DNA of 64,000 nucleotides from Clostridia bacterium (GCA_900768535.1 CAAGDE010000026.1:50535-114534), one strand, 5' to 3'; counted from the first letter of the stretch, positions 26,080 through 35,091 are shown. Program-made: numbers and translations. The notes: generated from the sequence alone by a model not told the origin.

Positions 26080-27240
26080 TCAGCCCTCCGCTTCCAGCTC
26101 CTGCAGGATGCGGTCTGCCAGCGCTTGGGTTGTGGCGCCGGTGGCATCTCCGGTGATGCGGACGGCTTCCGGACCGGAGGTCGCTCGCTCCATCGCGCGG
26201 GAAAGGCGGTCTGCTTCGTCCGGGAGCGCAATGTGCCGGAGCATCATCTCCGACGCGCGCAAAAGACTGGACGGGTCGGCATACGCGCCCAATCCCGCTT
26301 CAATCATGCGGGGTGCCGAGCCGTGAATCGCTTCAAACATGGCATAGCGGTCGCCGAGGTTCGCGCTTCCGGCTGTCCCCACACCGCCCTGGAGCTGTGC
26401 CGCCTCATCGGTGATGATATCCCCGTACAGATTCGGCAGCAGGAAGACCTGAAACCCGCTCCGGACGGCGGGATTGACCAGATTTGCCGTCATGATATCA
26501 ATATACCAATCCTCGGCGGTGATACCGGGATAGTCCGCCGCGATCTCGTGGCAGACGGCGGAAAAGCTGCCGTCCGTTTTCTTCATGATGTTGGCTTTGG
26601 TGACGATGGCAACCCTGGTTTTTCCGTTCGCCTTCGCGTATTCGAACGCCGCGCGCGCAATCCTTCGGGTTCCCGCATCGGTCGTCACCTTGAAGTCCAT
26701 TGCCAGCTTTCCGGGGATCACCACCCCGCGACTGCCGAGCACGTACTCCCCCTCGGTGTTCTCGCGGAAGAAAATCCAGTCGATCCCCTCCTCCTTCACG
26801 GTCACCGGGCGCACGTTTGCATACAGGTCCAGCTCCCGGCGTAGGGCAACATTGGCACTCTCCAGCGTTCCGCCCTTGGGCGTTGCGGTCGGACCCTTGA
26901 GCAGGACATCGCACTCCCGGATTGCCGCCAGCACATCACGGGGAACCGCCTCCCCCTTTGCCAGCCGGTTCTCCAGCGTCAGCCCCTCAATGTCGCGCAG
27001 GACGATCTGTCCCGATGCAATCCGGTCTCGCAGGAGCACCTCCAGAATCCGGCGCGTCTCACGCATCAGAATCGGTCCGATGCCGTCCCCGCCGCAGACG
27101 CCGATGACGATCCGCCCGGCGTGTGCGTAATCCTTTGCCGGGGATGCCTGCTCCATCCGCGCCTGTCTGGCAAGCTGTTCCTCCAGCAGGATGTGGAACT
27201 GCTCCACTGCCCGGTCAATCTCCGTTTCAAACACGGTCAT
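26080..27240 (-). CDS. icd: Isocitrate dehydrogenase (isocitrate/isopropylmalate dehydrogenase family, probably NAD-dependent)
   Basis: Family motifs GDGIGPI, NLYGDIITDEAA, GSAPR. Operon context with aconitase and citrate synthase. Confidence 0.8.
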   Translation of the reverse strand: MTVFETEIDRAVEQFHILLEEQLARQARMEQASPAKDYAHAGRIVIGVCGGDGIGPILMRETRRILEVLLRDRIASGQIVLRDIEGLTLENRLAKGEAVPRDVLAAIRECDVLLKGPTATPKGGTLESANVALRRELDLYANVRPVTVKEEGIDWIFFRENTEGEYVLGSRGVVIPGKLAMDFKVTTDAGTRRIARAAFEYAKANGKTRVAIVTKANIMKKTDGSFSAVCHEIAADYPGITAEDWYIDIMTANLVNPAVRSGFQVFLLPNLYGDIITDEAAQLQGGVGTAGSANLGDRYAMFEAIHGSAPRMIEAGLGAYADPSSLLRASEMMLRHIALPDEADRLSRAMERATSGPEAVRITGDATGATTQALADRILQELEAEG

Positions 27241-27257
27241 TCCTCCTTTGTTGTCCG

Positions 27258-29177
27258 TCAGTGCGTGACGGCAAGCAGTCCGCCTGCCTTCAGCATCGCA
27301 ATCTGGCGGGGTGTCAGCGCACAGGTCAGCGGGATCTCCGCGCCGGTCGTCTCATCGGTCAGGGTGATGCGTCCGCTCTCCATTCCGGCAAACACACCGG
27401 AAAGCGTCAGGCGGTCGCCCTCGCCGACCCGGTCATAATCCGCCGCGTCCGCAAAGGTCAGGGGGAGAATGCCGGCATTGATCAGGTTTGCCGCATGAAT
27501 CCGCGCAAAACTCTTGGCAATGACCGCACGGATACCGAGGTACAAGGGAACCAGCGCCGCGTGCTCCCGTGACGAGCCCTGACCGTAGTTCGCACCGCCC
27601 ACAACAATCCCCTGCCCGGCACGCACGGCACGTTCGGGGAATTCTTTATCGCAGACCGCAAAGCAGAACTGCGACAGATAGGGAATGTTCGACCGGTACG
27701 GCAGAATCTTCGCCCCCGCAGGCATGATGTGGTCGGTGGTGATGTTGTCCCCCACCTTCAGGACCAGCTCCGCGGTGAGGCGATCCGTCTGCGGAACGCA
27801 TTTCGGGAAGGGCTTGATGTTGGGACCGCGCAGAATCTCCACCGATGCCGCATCCGCCGGATCTGCAGGCGGCAGAATTGCGCTGTCGTCCGCCCGGAAG
27901 TGCCCGGGCAGGGTCACGACCGGGGCATCTCCCAGATCGCGCGGGTCGGTAATGACCCCCGTGAGTGCCGCCGCAACCGCCGTTTCGGGAGAGACCAGAT
28001 AGACCTTTGCGTCCGCCGTACCGCTTCTGCCCTCAAAATTGCGGTTGAAGGTGCGCAGACTGACCCCGCCGGAGTTCGGCGAAAAGCCCATGCCGATGCA
28101 GGGTCCGCACGCGCACTCCAGCACCCGTGCGCCGGACGCCAGAATGTCCGACAGTGCGCCCAGATCGGCGAGCATGGTCAGCACCTGCCGCGAACCGGGA
28201 GAGACCGACACACTGACCTCCGGAGAAACGGTCCGCCCCTTCAGCAGCGCCGCCACCTTCATCAGATCCGACAGCGATGAGTTGGTGCAGGAGCCGATGC
28301 AGACCTGATCCACCTTCGTCCCCGCAACCGAGGAAACCGGAACCACCCGGTCGGGGCTGTGCGGACAGGCAATCAGCGGCTCCAATTCCGACAGATCCAG
28401 TTCCAGGACCTGATCGTACACCGCGTCCGGATCGGCAAAAACCGGGGTGTAGTCCCCCTCCCTGCCCTCGGCGCGCAGAAAGTCCCGCGTAACCTCGTCC
28501 GCCGGAAAAACAGAGGTCGTCGCGCCCAGCTCCGTTCCCATGTTGGTGATGGTGGCACGCTCCGGAACCGTCAGCGTCCGGACACCCTCCCCGCCCCATT
28601 CGATGATGTATCCGACCCCGCCCTTGACCGTCAGTCGGCGCAGCAGCTCCAGGCTGACGTCCTTTGCCGTGACGAACGGACGGAGCCTGCCGCGCAGGTT
28701 GACCCGGATCATCCCCGGCATGGTGATATAATACGCGCCGCCGCCCATGGCAACCGCAACGTCCATTCCGCCCGCACCGAAGGCGAGCATTCCGATGCCG
28801 CCGCCGGTCGGGGTATGGCTGTCCGAGCCGATGAGCGTCTTTCCCGGCACGCCGAAGCGCTCCAGATGCACCTGGTGGCAGATGCCGTTGCCGGGGCGCG
28901 AGAAGTAAATGCCGTGTTTCCTTGCCACCGACTGAATGTAGCGGTGGTCGTCCGCGTTCTCAAAGCCGGATTGCAGGGTGTTGTGGTCGATGTACGCCAC
29001 GCTCCGCTCGGTCTTCACCCGGTCGACTCCCATGGCTTCGAATTCCAGATACGCCATGGTTCCGGTCGCATCCTGTGTCAGAGTCTGATCAATCCGCAGA
29101 CCGATCTCCTCCCCCCGCTTCATTTTTCCCGCAACCAGGTGTGCGCCGATGATTTTCTCCGCAATCGTCTGTCCCAT
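27258..29177 (-). CDS. Aconitate hydratase (about 640-aa clostridial type)
   Basis: Fe-S Cys ligand contexts IGSCTNSS and CGPCIGMG, plus a swivel domain. AAGGGGAG RBS before the ATG at 29177. Confidence 0.9.
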   Translation of the reverse strand: MGQTIAEKIIGAHLVAGKMKRGEEIGLRIDQTLTQDATGTMAYLEFEAMGVDRVKTERSVAYIDHNTLQSGFENADDHRYIQSVARKHGIYFSRPGNGICHQVHLERFGVPGKTLIGSDSHTPTGGGIGMLAFGAGGMDVAVAMGGGAYYITMPGMIRVNLRGRLRPFVTAKDVSLELLRRLTVKGGVGYIIEWGGEGVRTLTVPERATITNMGTELGATTSVFPADEVTRDFLRAEGREGDYTPVFADPDAVYDQVLELDLSELEPLIACPHSPDRVVPVSSVAGTKVDQVCIGSCTNSSLSDLMKVAALLKGRTVSPEVSVSVSPGSRQVLTMLADLGALSDILASGARVLECACGPCIGMGFSPNSGGVSLRTFNRNFEGRSGTADAKVYLVSPETAVAAALTGVITDPRDLGDAPVVTLPGHFRADDSAILPPADPADAASVEILRGPNIKPFPKCVPQTDRLTAELVLKVGDNITTDHIMPAGAKILPYRSNIPYLSQFCFAVCDKEFPERAVRAGQGIVVGGANYGQGSSREHAALVPLYLGIRAVIAKSFARIHAANLINAGILPLTFADAADYDRVGEGDRLTLSGVFAGMESGRITLTDETTGAEIPLTCALTPRQIAMLKAGGLLAVTH

Positions 29178-29187
29178 GATACTCCCC

Positions 29188-29838
29188 TTACTCCGTGTAA
29201 CCGTCAATGATATGGCGGGCGGCGTTTATGATATGTGTATGCATTGCGCGTTCGGCAGCGTCCGGATCATGCGCGGCAATGGCTTCGAAAATGCTCCGGT
29301 GCTCGGCGGCGGACTCCTCAGCCCGGCTGTGATCCTCCACCGAAACACGGCGGTATTTCTGCACCTTCCTGTGAAGCGGCAGAAGGACATCCTCCAGCAC
29401 CACGCTCCCGCTGAACCGGTAGATCAGCTGATGGAACCGGCTGTCCATTCCCCGCACGTGCTCCGGGTCATTCCGCGGAACGTAAAATTCCTGCAGCTCC
29501 ACTGCCTCACGAAGCTGTTCCAAATCCTCCCCGGTTACCCGCTCCGCCGCCGCGCGCGATGCCAAACCCTCCACACGCTCCCGCACGGCAAAAATATCCT
29601 CCAGATCCTTCCGGGACACGCCGACGATCAGAATGCCCTTTGCGCCCGTTTCCACCAGGTGCTCCAGTCCCAGCCGGTGGAGCGCCTCCCGGATCGGTGT
29701 CCGGCTGACGCCCAGGTCACTGACCAGCCGCATTTCGGTCAGAACCGTGCCGATCGGGTATTTCCCGGACAGGATGTCGTTCTCCAGACGCTCGAAAACC
29801 TGATCCGCCAGAGAAATACTGCGATGTTCCTCCATCAT
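29188..29838 (-). CDS. GntR-family (FadR/FCD subfamily) transcriptional regulator
   Basis: N-terminal wHTH (LVSDLGVSRTPIREALHRL) and a C-terminal helical FCD-like domain. Confidence 0.85.
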   Translation of the reverse strand: MMEEHRSISLADQVFERLENDILSGKYPIGTVLTEMRLVSDLGVSRTPIREALHRLGLEHLVETGAKGILIVGVSRKDLEDIFAVRERVEGLASRAAAERVTGEDLEQLREAVELQEFYVPRNDPEHVRGMDSRFHQLIYRFSGSVVLEDVLLPLHRKVQKYRRVSVEDHSRAEESAAEHRSIFEAIAAHDPDAAERAMHTHIINAARHIIDGYTE

Positions 29839-29850
29839 TTCCGTACCTCC

Positions 29851-31227
29851 TTACAGTCTTCTGAACCGGGAGCCGGACAGCTCCTCAATCTTTTCCTCCA
29901 CCTCGTGAACCGCCAGCGTTGTCTGTCTGCCGCCATCATATTCGGCATCGATCCACGCCTTGAGCTTCTGCACCAGCGGGTCGCGCTTATCGATGCGTTC
30001 CGATTCGGTCAGGCGGTAGTTTTCGTTGATCCAGTACGCAATCCCCGCCAGTCCGGAGGTCTTACCGAGCATGACCGACGCCGGTCTCCCCAGCAGCTTG
30101 CCGGTATCGAAGATGTTGTAGATCTCCTCGTCCTTGAGCAGTCCGTCCGCATGGATTCCCGCGCGGGTGACATTGAAATTTCTGCCAACAAACGGCGTCA
30201 TATCCGGAATGCGGTAGCCGACGTTCCGCTCGAAATAGTCCGCGATCTCGGTAATTACGGTCGGATCCATGCCGTCAAACGAACCGCGCAGGGAGGCATA
30301 CTCGATGACCATCGCCTCCAGCGGGATATTTCCGGTGCGCTCGCCGATGCCCAGCAGGGAGCAGTTGACCCCGCTGGCACCGTACAGCCACGCCGTGGTC
30401 GCGTTGGTGACCGCCTTATAAAAATCGTTGTGCCCGTGCCACTCCAGCATCTGGCTCGGCACATCGGAGTAATGCTGGAGACCGTAGATAATCCCCGGCA
30501 CACTGCGCGGAATGGCAACCTCCGGATACGGAATGCCGTAGCCCATGGTATCGCAGGCACGGATCCTGACCGGAATCTTCGCGTCCGCCGACATCCGCAT
30601 CAGCTCGTTGACAAACGGCACCACGAATCCGTAAAAGTCGGCGCGCGTAATGTCCTCCAGGTGACAGCGCGGCATCACGCCGGCTTCAAACGCATCCGCA
30701 ACGGTTGCCAGGTAGTGCTCCATGCACTGGCGGCGGGTCATCTTCATTTTCCTGAAAATGTGATAATCCGAACAGGAGACGAGAATGCCCGTCTCACGGA
30801 TACCGAGGTCACGTACCAGCCGGAAATCCTCGCGGCTGGCACGGATCCAGGTGGTAATCTCCGGGAAGCGCAGTCCCAGCGCCTGGCACTTCTCCACCGC
30901 TTCCCGATCCTTTTTGCTGTAGACGAAGAACTCGGTCTGGCGGATGATTCCGTACGGTCCGCCGAGCTTGGACATCAGCCGATAGAGATCGACGATCTGC
31001 TCGACCGTGTACGGCTCGACCGACTGCTGTCCGTCACGGAAGGAGGTATCGGTGATCCAGATGTCCTCCGGCATACCGATCGGTACGCGCCGGTGGTTGA
31101 ACGGAATGCGCGGCACACAGCTGTAGGGGTAAACATCGCGGTAAAGATTCGGCTCCTCCACGTCCTGAAGCGAATATTTGTACGCCTTTTGCTCCAACAG
31201 ATTGGTTTTTTTGGATATTTCAAGCAT
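29851..31227 (-). CDS. Re-face citrate synthase candidate (homocitrate/2-isopropylmalate synthase family)
   Basis: DRE-TIM motifs DTSFRDGQQS and HGHNDF. Operon with aconitase and IDH, as in clostridial Re-citrate synthase loci. Start at MLEISKK is consistent with the promoter at 31261-31289. Confidence 0.75.
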   Translation of the reverse strand: MLEISKKTNLLEQKAYKYSLQDVEEPNLYRDVYPYSCVPRIPFNHRRVPIGMPEDIWITDTSFRDGQQSVEPYTVEQIVDLYRLMSKLGGPYGIIRQTEFFVYSKKDREAVEKCQALGLRFPEITTWIRASREDFRLVRDLGIRETGILVSCSDYHIFRKMKMTRRQCMEHYLATVADAFEAGVMPRCHLEDITRADFYGFVVPFVNELMRMSADAKIPVRIRACDTMGYGIPYPEVAIPRSVPGIIYGLQHYSDVPSQMLEWHGHNDFYKAVTNATTAWLYGASGVNCSLLGIGERTGNIPLEAMVIEYASLRGSFDGMDPTVITEIADYFERNVGYRIPDMTPFVGRNFNVTRAGIHADGLLKDEEIYNIFDTGKLLGRPASVMLGKTSGLAGIAYWINENYRLTESERIDKRDPLVQKLKAWIDAEYDGGRQTTLAVHEVEEKIEELSGSRFRRL

Positions 31228-31252
31228 CTGTGCCACCGTCCTTTCGTATTTG

Positions 31253-31289
31253 TGTATACAATTATACACGAAAACAAAGGATTTGTCAA
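31253..31289 (-). promoter_or_regulatory. Consensus promoter of the citrate synthase operon with a palindrome at the predicted +1
   Basis: Minus strand TTGACA-17-TATAAT, immediately followed by the perfect palindrome TGTATACA (31253-31260). Confidence 0.6.
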
Positions 31290-31392
31290 GGGCTTGCGGA
31301 AAGTTTTCCATATTATTTTCCGAAAATCCGGGTTCCCCCGCCGTTTCGTCCGCATCCGTCGCCTGCGGCGCTAAACTGCTTGCAGTTTTCTT

Positions 31393-31650
31393 ACCACCTC
31401 GAAGGGGAACTTGGGGTGGGAAGCCATACGTGATTGCGCTCGCCCATTTCGCCCTCATCCGGCGCTGGCGTGCCACCTTCCCCACCCGGGGGAAGGCTAC
31501 TGCGGCGGTTCGTAACTGATAGACACAGCGCCGATTTATAAGCAGGATTGAGGGGGGGATGTAACAAAATTTGCACAGCCGAAAGAAGCCTTCCCCCGGG
31601 TGGGGAAGGTGGCGCGCCAGCGCCGGATGAGGGCGAAATGGGCGAGCGTA
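31393..31650. repeat. Second locus of the nested-palindrome repeat family B (full unit plus partial extra arm)
   Basis: Arms 31418-31498 and 31587-31650 are inverted copies. The arms and spacer are homologous to 3403-3646. Confidence 0.85.
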
Positions 31651-31686
31651 CTTTTTAAATCCTCTCGCGCTACCCCCACCAAATTG

Positions 31687-32085
31687 CTACATCCCCCGGA
31701 ACGGATCGTTTCGTGCCATCCGTTCCAGTCGGATGCCAACCACGGTCAGTCCCCGGCGGAAGGCACGGTAGGCGGTGCGGCGCGAAATGCCGAGAATCGC
31801 CGCCGCGCGCTCCACGCTCTCCCCCCGGATGTAACGGTGATACAGCACCAGCTTGTCCCGACCGTTCCGGAGCGATGCGATCGCCTGCCCGATCTCCTCC
31901 ATCCGCGCCCGCCAGAACGCCTCGTTTCCGGCAAGCACATCCTCACACCGGCACGGCTCGTCAAAGGTTTCCGCCCGGCGCCGCTCATATCGCTTCAGCT
32001 CCAGCAGATCCAGACACAGCTGATACCCCGCCAAAAAATCCCGTGCCGCCGCAACGCGTGCGTCCGTCCGCTCCTGCTCGGTCAT
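31687..32085 (-). CDS. Small sigma-70 region-4-like / phage-type transcription activator-like protein
   Basis: 132 aa with the C-terminal HTH pattern DKLVLYHRYIRGESVERAAAILGISRRTAYRAFRRGL. Start at MTEQERT. Confidence 0.55.
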   Translation of the reverse strand: MTEQERTDARVAAARDFLAGYQLCLDLLELKRYERRRAETFDEPCRCEDVLAGNEAFWRARMEEIGQAIASLRNGRDKLVLYHRYIRGESVERAAAILGISRRTAYRAFRRGLTVVGIRLERMARNDPFRGM

Positions 32086-32225
32086 GCCTTCACCTGCTTT
32101 CGTGTGCTTCGGAAACACGAATGAACATTCCCGTTTCCCGTTCGGTTTTCCGTCCGGGTGATGAATTCCGACCTTTGATGAAATACCCGATTTGTCATTT
32201 GTTTTCCCCTTTTTTCATTTTTCTG

Positions 32226-32254
32226 TTGACATTTTTTCCGTTTTGGTGTATACT
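32226..32254 (+). promoter_or_regulatory. Promoter of the XRE-S24 repressor gene
   Basis: TTGACA-17-TATACT, which predicts a 5' UTR of about 150 nt. Confidence 0.55.
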
Positions 32255-32276
32255 GTTATCAGGCACTCTTATTATA

Positions 32277-32390
32277 TCGCATTTCCGAAGTATTGTCAAG
32301 ACATATTTTCGCATTTCCGAAATATCAGCACTTTGAACAATTTCCTGTGTCGCATTCGGTCGAAGGCAGGAGAAAACCATTCCGAAAATC
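32277..32390 (+). promoter_or_regulatory. Tandem TCGCATTTCCGAA(G/A)TAT repeats (candidate operators) in the repressor leader
   Basis: 17-nt repeats at 32277-32293 and 32309-32325 (32-bp spacing). Degenerate copies at 32349-32366 and 32378-32390. An inverted TTTCCGAA lies at 32108-32116. Confidence 0.4.
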
Positions 32391-32404
32391 GGGAGGATCA
32401 ACAA

Positions 32405-33031
32405 ATGAACTACGCAAGGCTCGAGCACCTGCTGGCGGCGCACGGCGTCACGGTCTATCAGGTATCCAAGGCAACCGGAATTTCCCCCTCTACCTTTTCG
32501 GATTGGAAAAGCGGCAGATCCAGTCCGAAGGCGGACAAGCTGGCACGTCTGGCGGATTACTTCGGCATCGGGCTGGATGAGCTGCTCGGCACCGACTGCG
32601 GGGAGAGACAGACCGCATCCCGGCTGCAAAGTCTGCTTGCCAAAAAAAAGGTCCCGGTTATCGGCGTCATCCGGGCAGGCGCACCGATTGTGACAAGCGA
32701 AACCCTGCTTGGCATGGAATTTGCCGATGTGGACGATCCGGACGATTATTTCTATCTGCAGGTCTGCGGCGACAGCATGAAGGACTGCGGCATTGTGGAC
32801 GGCTCCTATGTCCTCTTCCACAAGCAGCAGCAAGCCGAAAACGGTGAGGTCGTGGCGTGCCTGGTTGACAGCGACAGCGCAACGGTCAAGCGCTACGAAA
32901 AGCGGAATCACCGCATTGTCCTCTCGCCGGAAAACGAGAGCTATGAGCCGATCTTCCTGACTCCGGAGGACTTTGAAACCGGACGCGCCCGGATCCTTGG
33001 CGTGGCGGTGGAAGTAAAAACGAAATTCTGA
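32405..33031 (+). CDS. XRE-family HTH plus S24 peptidase repressor (CI/LexA-like, self-cleaving type)
   Basis: HTH_3-like N-terminus (VYQVSKATGISPSTFSDWKSG), Ala-Gly site (VIRAGAPI), Ser in CGDSM and Lys in VKRY. GGGAGG RBS. Confidence 0.85.
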   Translation: MNYARLEHLLAAHGVTVYQVSKATGISPSTFSDWKSGRSSPKADKLARLADYFGIGLDELLGTDCGERQTASRLQSLLAKKKVPVIGVIRAGAPIVTSETLLGMEFADVDDPDDYFYLQVCGDSMKDCGIVDGSYVLFHKQQQAENGEVVACLVDSDSATVKRYEKRNHRIVLSPENESYEPIFLTPEDFETGRARILGVAVEVKTKF

Positions 33032-33041
33032 GGTATCCATC

Positions 33042-34970
33042 ATGCTTTGTCTGACAGTCAGCGACCTGTCCCTCTCCTACGGCACCGCTCCGGTGCTGGA
33101 GAAAGTCTCCTTTTCGGCAGACGAAAACGACCGCATCGGCGTCATCGGCGTCAACGGGTGCGGCAAATCCACGCTGTTCCGGCTCATCCACGGCGACCTG
33201 GAACCAACGGCGGGAAATATCTATCTTTCAAAAGGAAAAACCGTCGGCATTCTGCGGCAGGACGATGCCTTTGACGCCGCAGACAGCCAACAGACCGCGG
33301 AGGAACGGATGCTCCATGCCTTCCCCCATCTGCTTGCCATGGAGGCGCGTCTGCGGGAGCTGGAGGCGGGAGAGCTGAAAAGCGGCAGCGATGCGGCGGT
33401 GAAGGAATACACCGACCTCCATGACCGCTACGTGCGGGAGGGCGGGCTGGAATTCCGCGCACGGTGTACCTCCATTCTTGCAAGGCTCGGCTTTGACGAG
33501 GGTCAGCGGGCGCAGACGGTGGGAACGCTCAGCGGCGGACAGCGCACGCGTCTTGCGCTTGCAATCCAGCTCTCGCGGGAGCCGGATATCCTCCTGCTCG
33601 ATGAGCCGACCAACCACCTCGACATAGCGACCCTCTCCTGGCTGGAGGGATTTCTTTCGGGTTACAAAAAATGCTTCATGGTCATCTCCCACGACCGCTA
33701 TTTCCTTGACCGCGTGACCAACAAGACCCTGCTGATCTCCCATCACCGCGCCACGCTCTATCAGGGCGGCTATACCAAAAGCATGGCACAGCGTGAGACC
33801 GACCGCGAAATAGCCGAACGGCATTGGCGGAATCAGCAAAAGGAAATCGCGCGGCAGGAGGCGTATATCGCCCAACAGCGGGCGTGGAACCGGGAGCGAA
33901 ACATCATTGCCGCCGAGAGCCGGCAGAAGCTGCTGGATAAAATGGAAAAGCTGGAGCGCCCCGAAGCCGATCCGCGTGCCGTCCGGATGTCCTTTTCCGA
34001 AGCCGTCGCGTCCGGAAACGATGTGCTGGACGTGCGGCACCTGACCATGGGCTTCCCCGGCAGAACACTGTTCAGCGATATCTCCTTTCTCATCCGCCGG
34101 CAGGAGCGCGCACTGATCATCGGTCCAAACGGGTGCGGAAAATCCACGCTCATCAAGCTCATCCTCGGTCAATTGCAGCCGCTCTCCGGCGTGATTGAGG
34201 AAGGATATCACGTGGAAATCGGCTACTACGACCAGGAAAACCAGCACCTGTCACCGAAAAATACGGTCCTGGACGAATTGTGGAACGCCTACCCCACGCG
34301 CACCGAAACGCAGATCCGTCAGGCACTGGCACTCTTCCGCTTCACCGGAGAGGACGTGTTCAAGGAGGTCGCAGTGCTCTCCGGAGGCGAGCGGGCACGG
34401 CTGACGCTGGCGAAGCTGATGCTTTCCAAAATGAACCTCCTGGTGCTGGACGAGCCGACCAACCACCTCGATATGGATTCCCGCGAAGCACTGGAGGCGG
34501 CACTGGAGCAGTTTGAGGGAACGATTGTGATGGTATCGCATGACCGGTATCTGATCGAAAAGCTTGCCACCCGGATTCTGGAGGTCCGCCCCGGTGACGC
34601 CTTCCCCGGCGATCTGCTGGACTACACAGTCGATCATCCGGGACACGGATACAGCGAATTCACCGCCTACAAAACCGCCCGCATGGCCGAACGGCAGGCA
34701 GATCACCCGGCAGCGCAGGAATCCGCAGCCCCGACCACGCAAAAGGAGCAGTACCTGAAAAACAAGCAGGCAGCGGCGGAGGAGCGAAAGAAAAAAGCCA
34801 GGCTGGAACGCCTGGAAAAGGAGCGCATCGCCCTGGAAGCCGAACTGGACGCGCTGGAAAAGGAGCTGTACGGCTCTGCCGCCGCCGACTATATCCGCGC
34901 CGCAGAACTCGACCGAAAAAAGCAGGAAGCCGAGGAGCGACTGCTGGAAATTTACGGGGAGTTGGAATAA
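33042..34970 (+). CDS. ABC-F family ATPase (Uup/YdiF-like translation factor type, no TM domain)
   Basis: Two ABC cassettes (Walker A GVNGCGKST and GPNGCGKST; signatures LSGGQ and LSGGE) and a C-terminal coiled-coil tail. Confidence 0.92.
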   Translation: MLCLTVSDLSLSYGTAPVLEKVSFSADENDRIGVIGVNGCGKSTLFRLIHGDLEPTAGNIYLSKGKTVGILRQDDAFDAADSQQTAEERMLHAFPHLLAMEARLRELEAGELKSGSDAAVKEYTDLHDRYVREGGLEFRARCTSILARLGFDEGQRAQTVGTLSGGQRTRLALAIQLSREPDILLLDEPTNHLDIATLSWLEGFLSGYKKCFMVISHDRYFLDRVTNKTLLISHHRATLYQGGYTKSMAQRETDREIAERHWRNQQKEIARQEAYIAQQRAWNRERNIIAAESRQKLLDKMEKLERPEADPRAVRMSFSEAVASGNDVLDVRHLTMGFPGRTLFSDISFLIRRQERALIIGPNGCGKSTLIKLILGQLQPLSGVIEEGYHVEIGYYDQENQHLSPKNTVLDELWNAYPTRTETQIRQALALFRFTGEDVFKEVAVLSGGERARLTLAKLMLSKMNLLVLDEPTNHLDMDSREALEAALEQFEGTIVMVSHDRYLIEKLATRILEVRPGDAFPGDLLDYTVDHPGHGYSEFTAYKTARMAERQADHPAAQESAAPTTQKEQYLKNKQAAAEERKKKARLERLEKERIALEAELDALEKELYGSAAADYIRAAELDRKKQEAEERLLEIYGELE

Positions 34971-35044
34971 TGGGAAAGACACACACATAACCGGGAAAAG
35001 AAACCGGAAAGCTTGACAGCGCATTTTAGCGGTCGTCATTCACT

Positions 35045-35079
35045 GCCGATTGTTCCCCCTATGGCAGTCGGCTCTTTTT
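35045..35079 (+). terminator. Intrinsic terminator after the ABC-F gene
   Basis: GCCGATTG/CAGTCGGC stem followed by TCTTTTT. Confidence 0.65.
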
Positions 35080-35091
35080 GCTGTAAAGCAA

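Noticed and set aside
32100-32150. Possible LexA/SOS box near the sigma-like gene (CGAATGAACATTCCCGTTTCCCGTTCGG).
   Set aside because: It does not fit the Firmicute GAAC-N4-GTTC consensus. The GAAC and GTTC halves are 13 nt apart.
33042-34970. ABC-F protein as a possible antibiotic-resistance (ARE) determinant on a mobile element.
   Set aside because: Its length (642 aa), C-terminal coiled-coil tail and host-like composition fit housekeeping Uup/YdiF-type ABC-F factors. Nothing in the sequence alone supports a resistance role.
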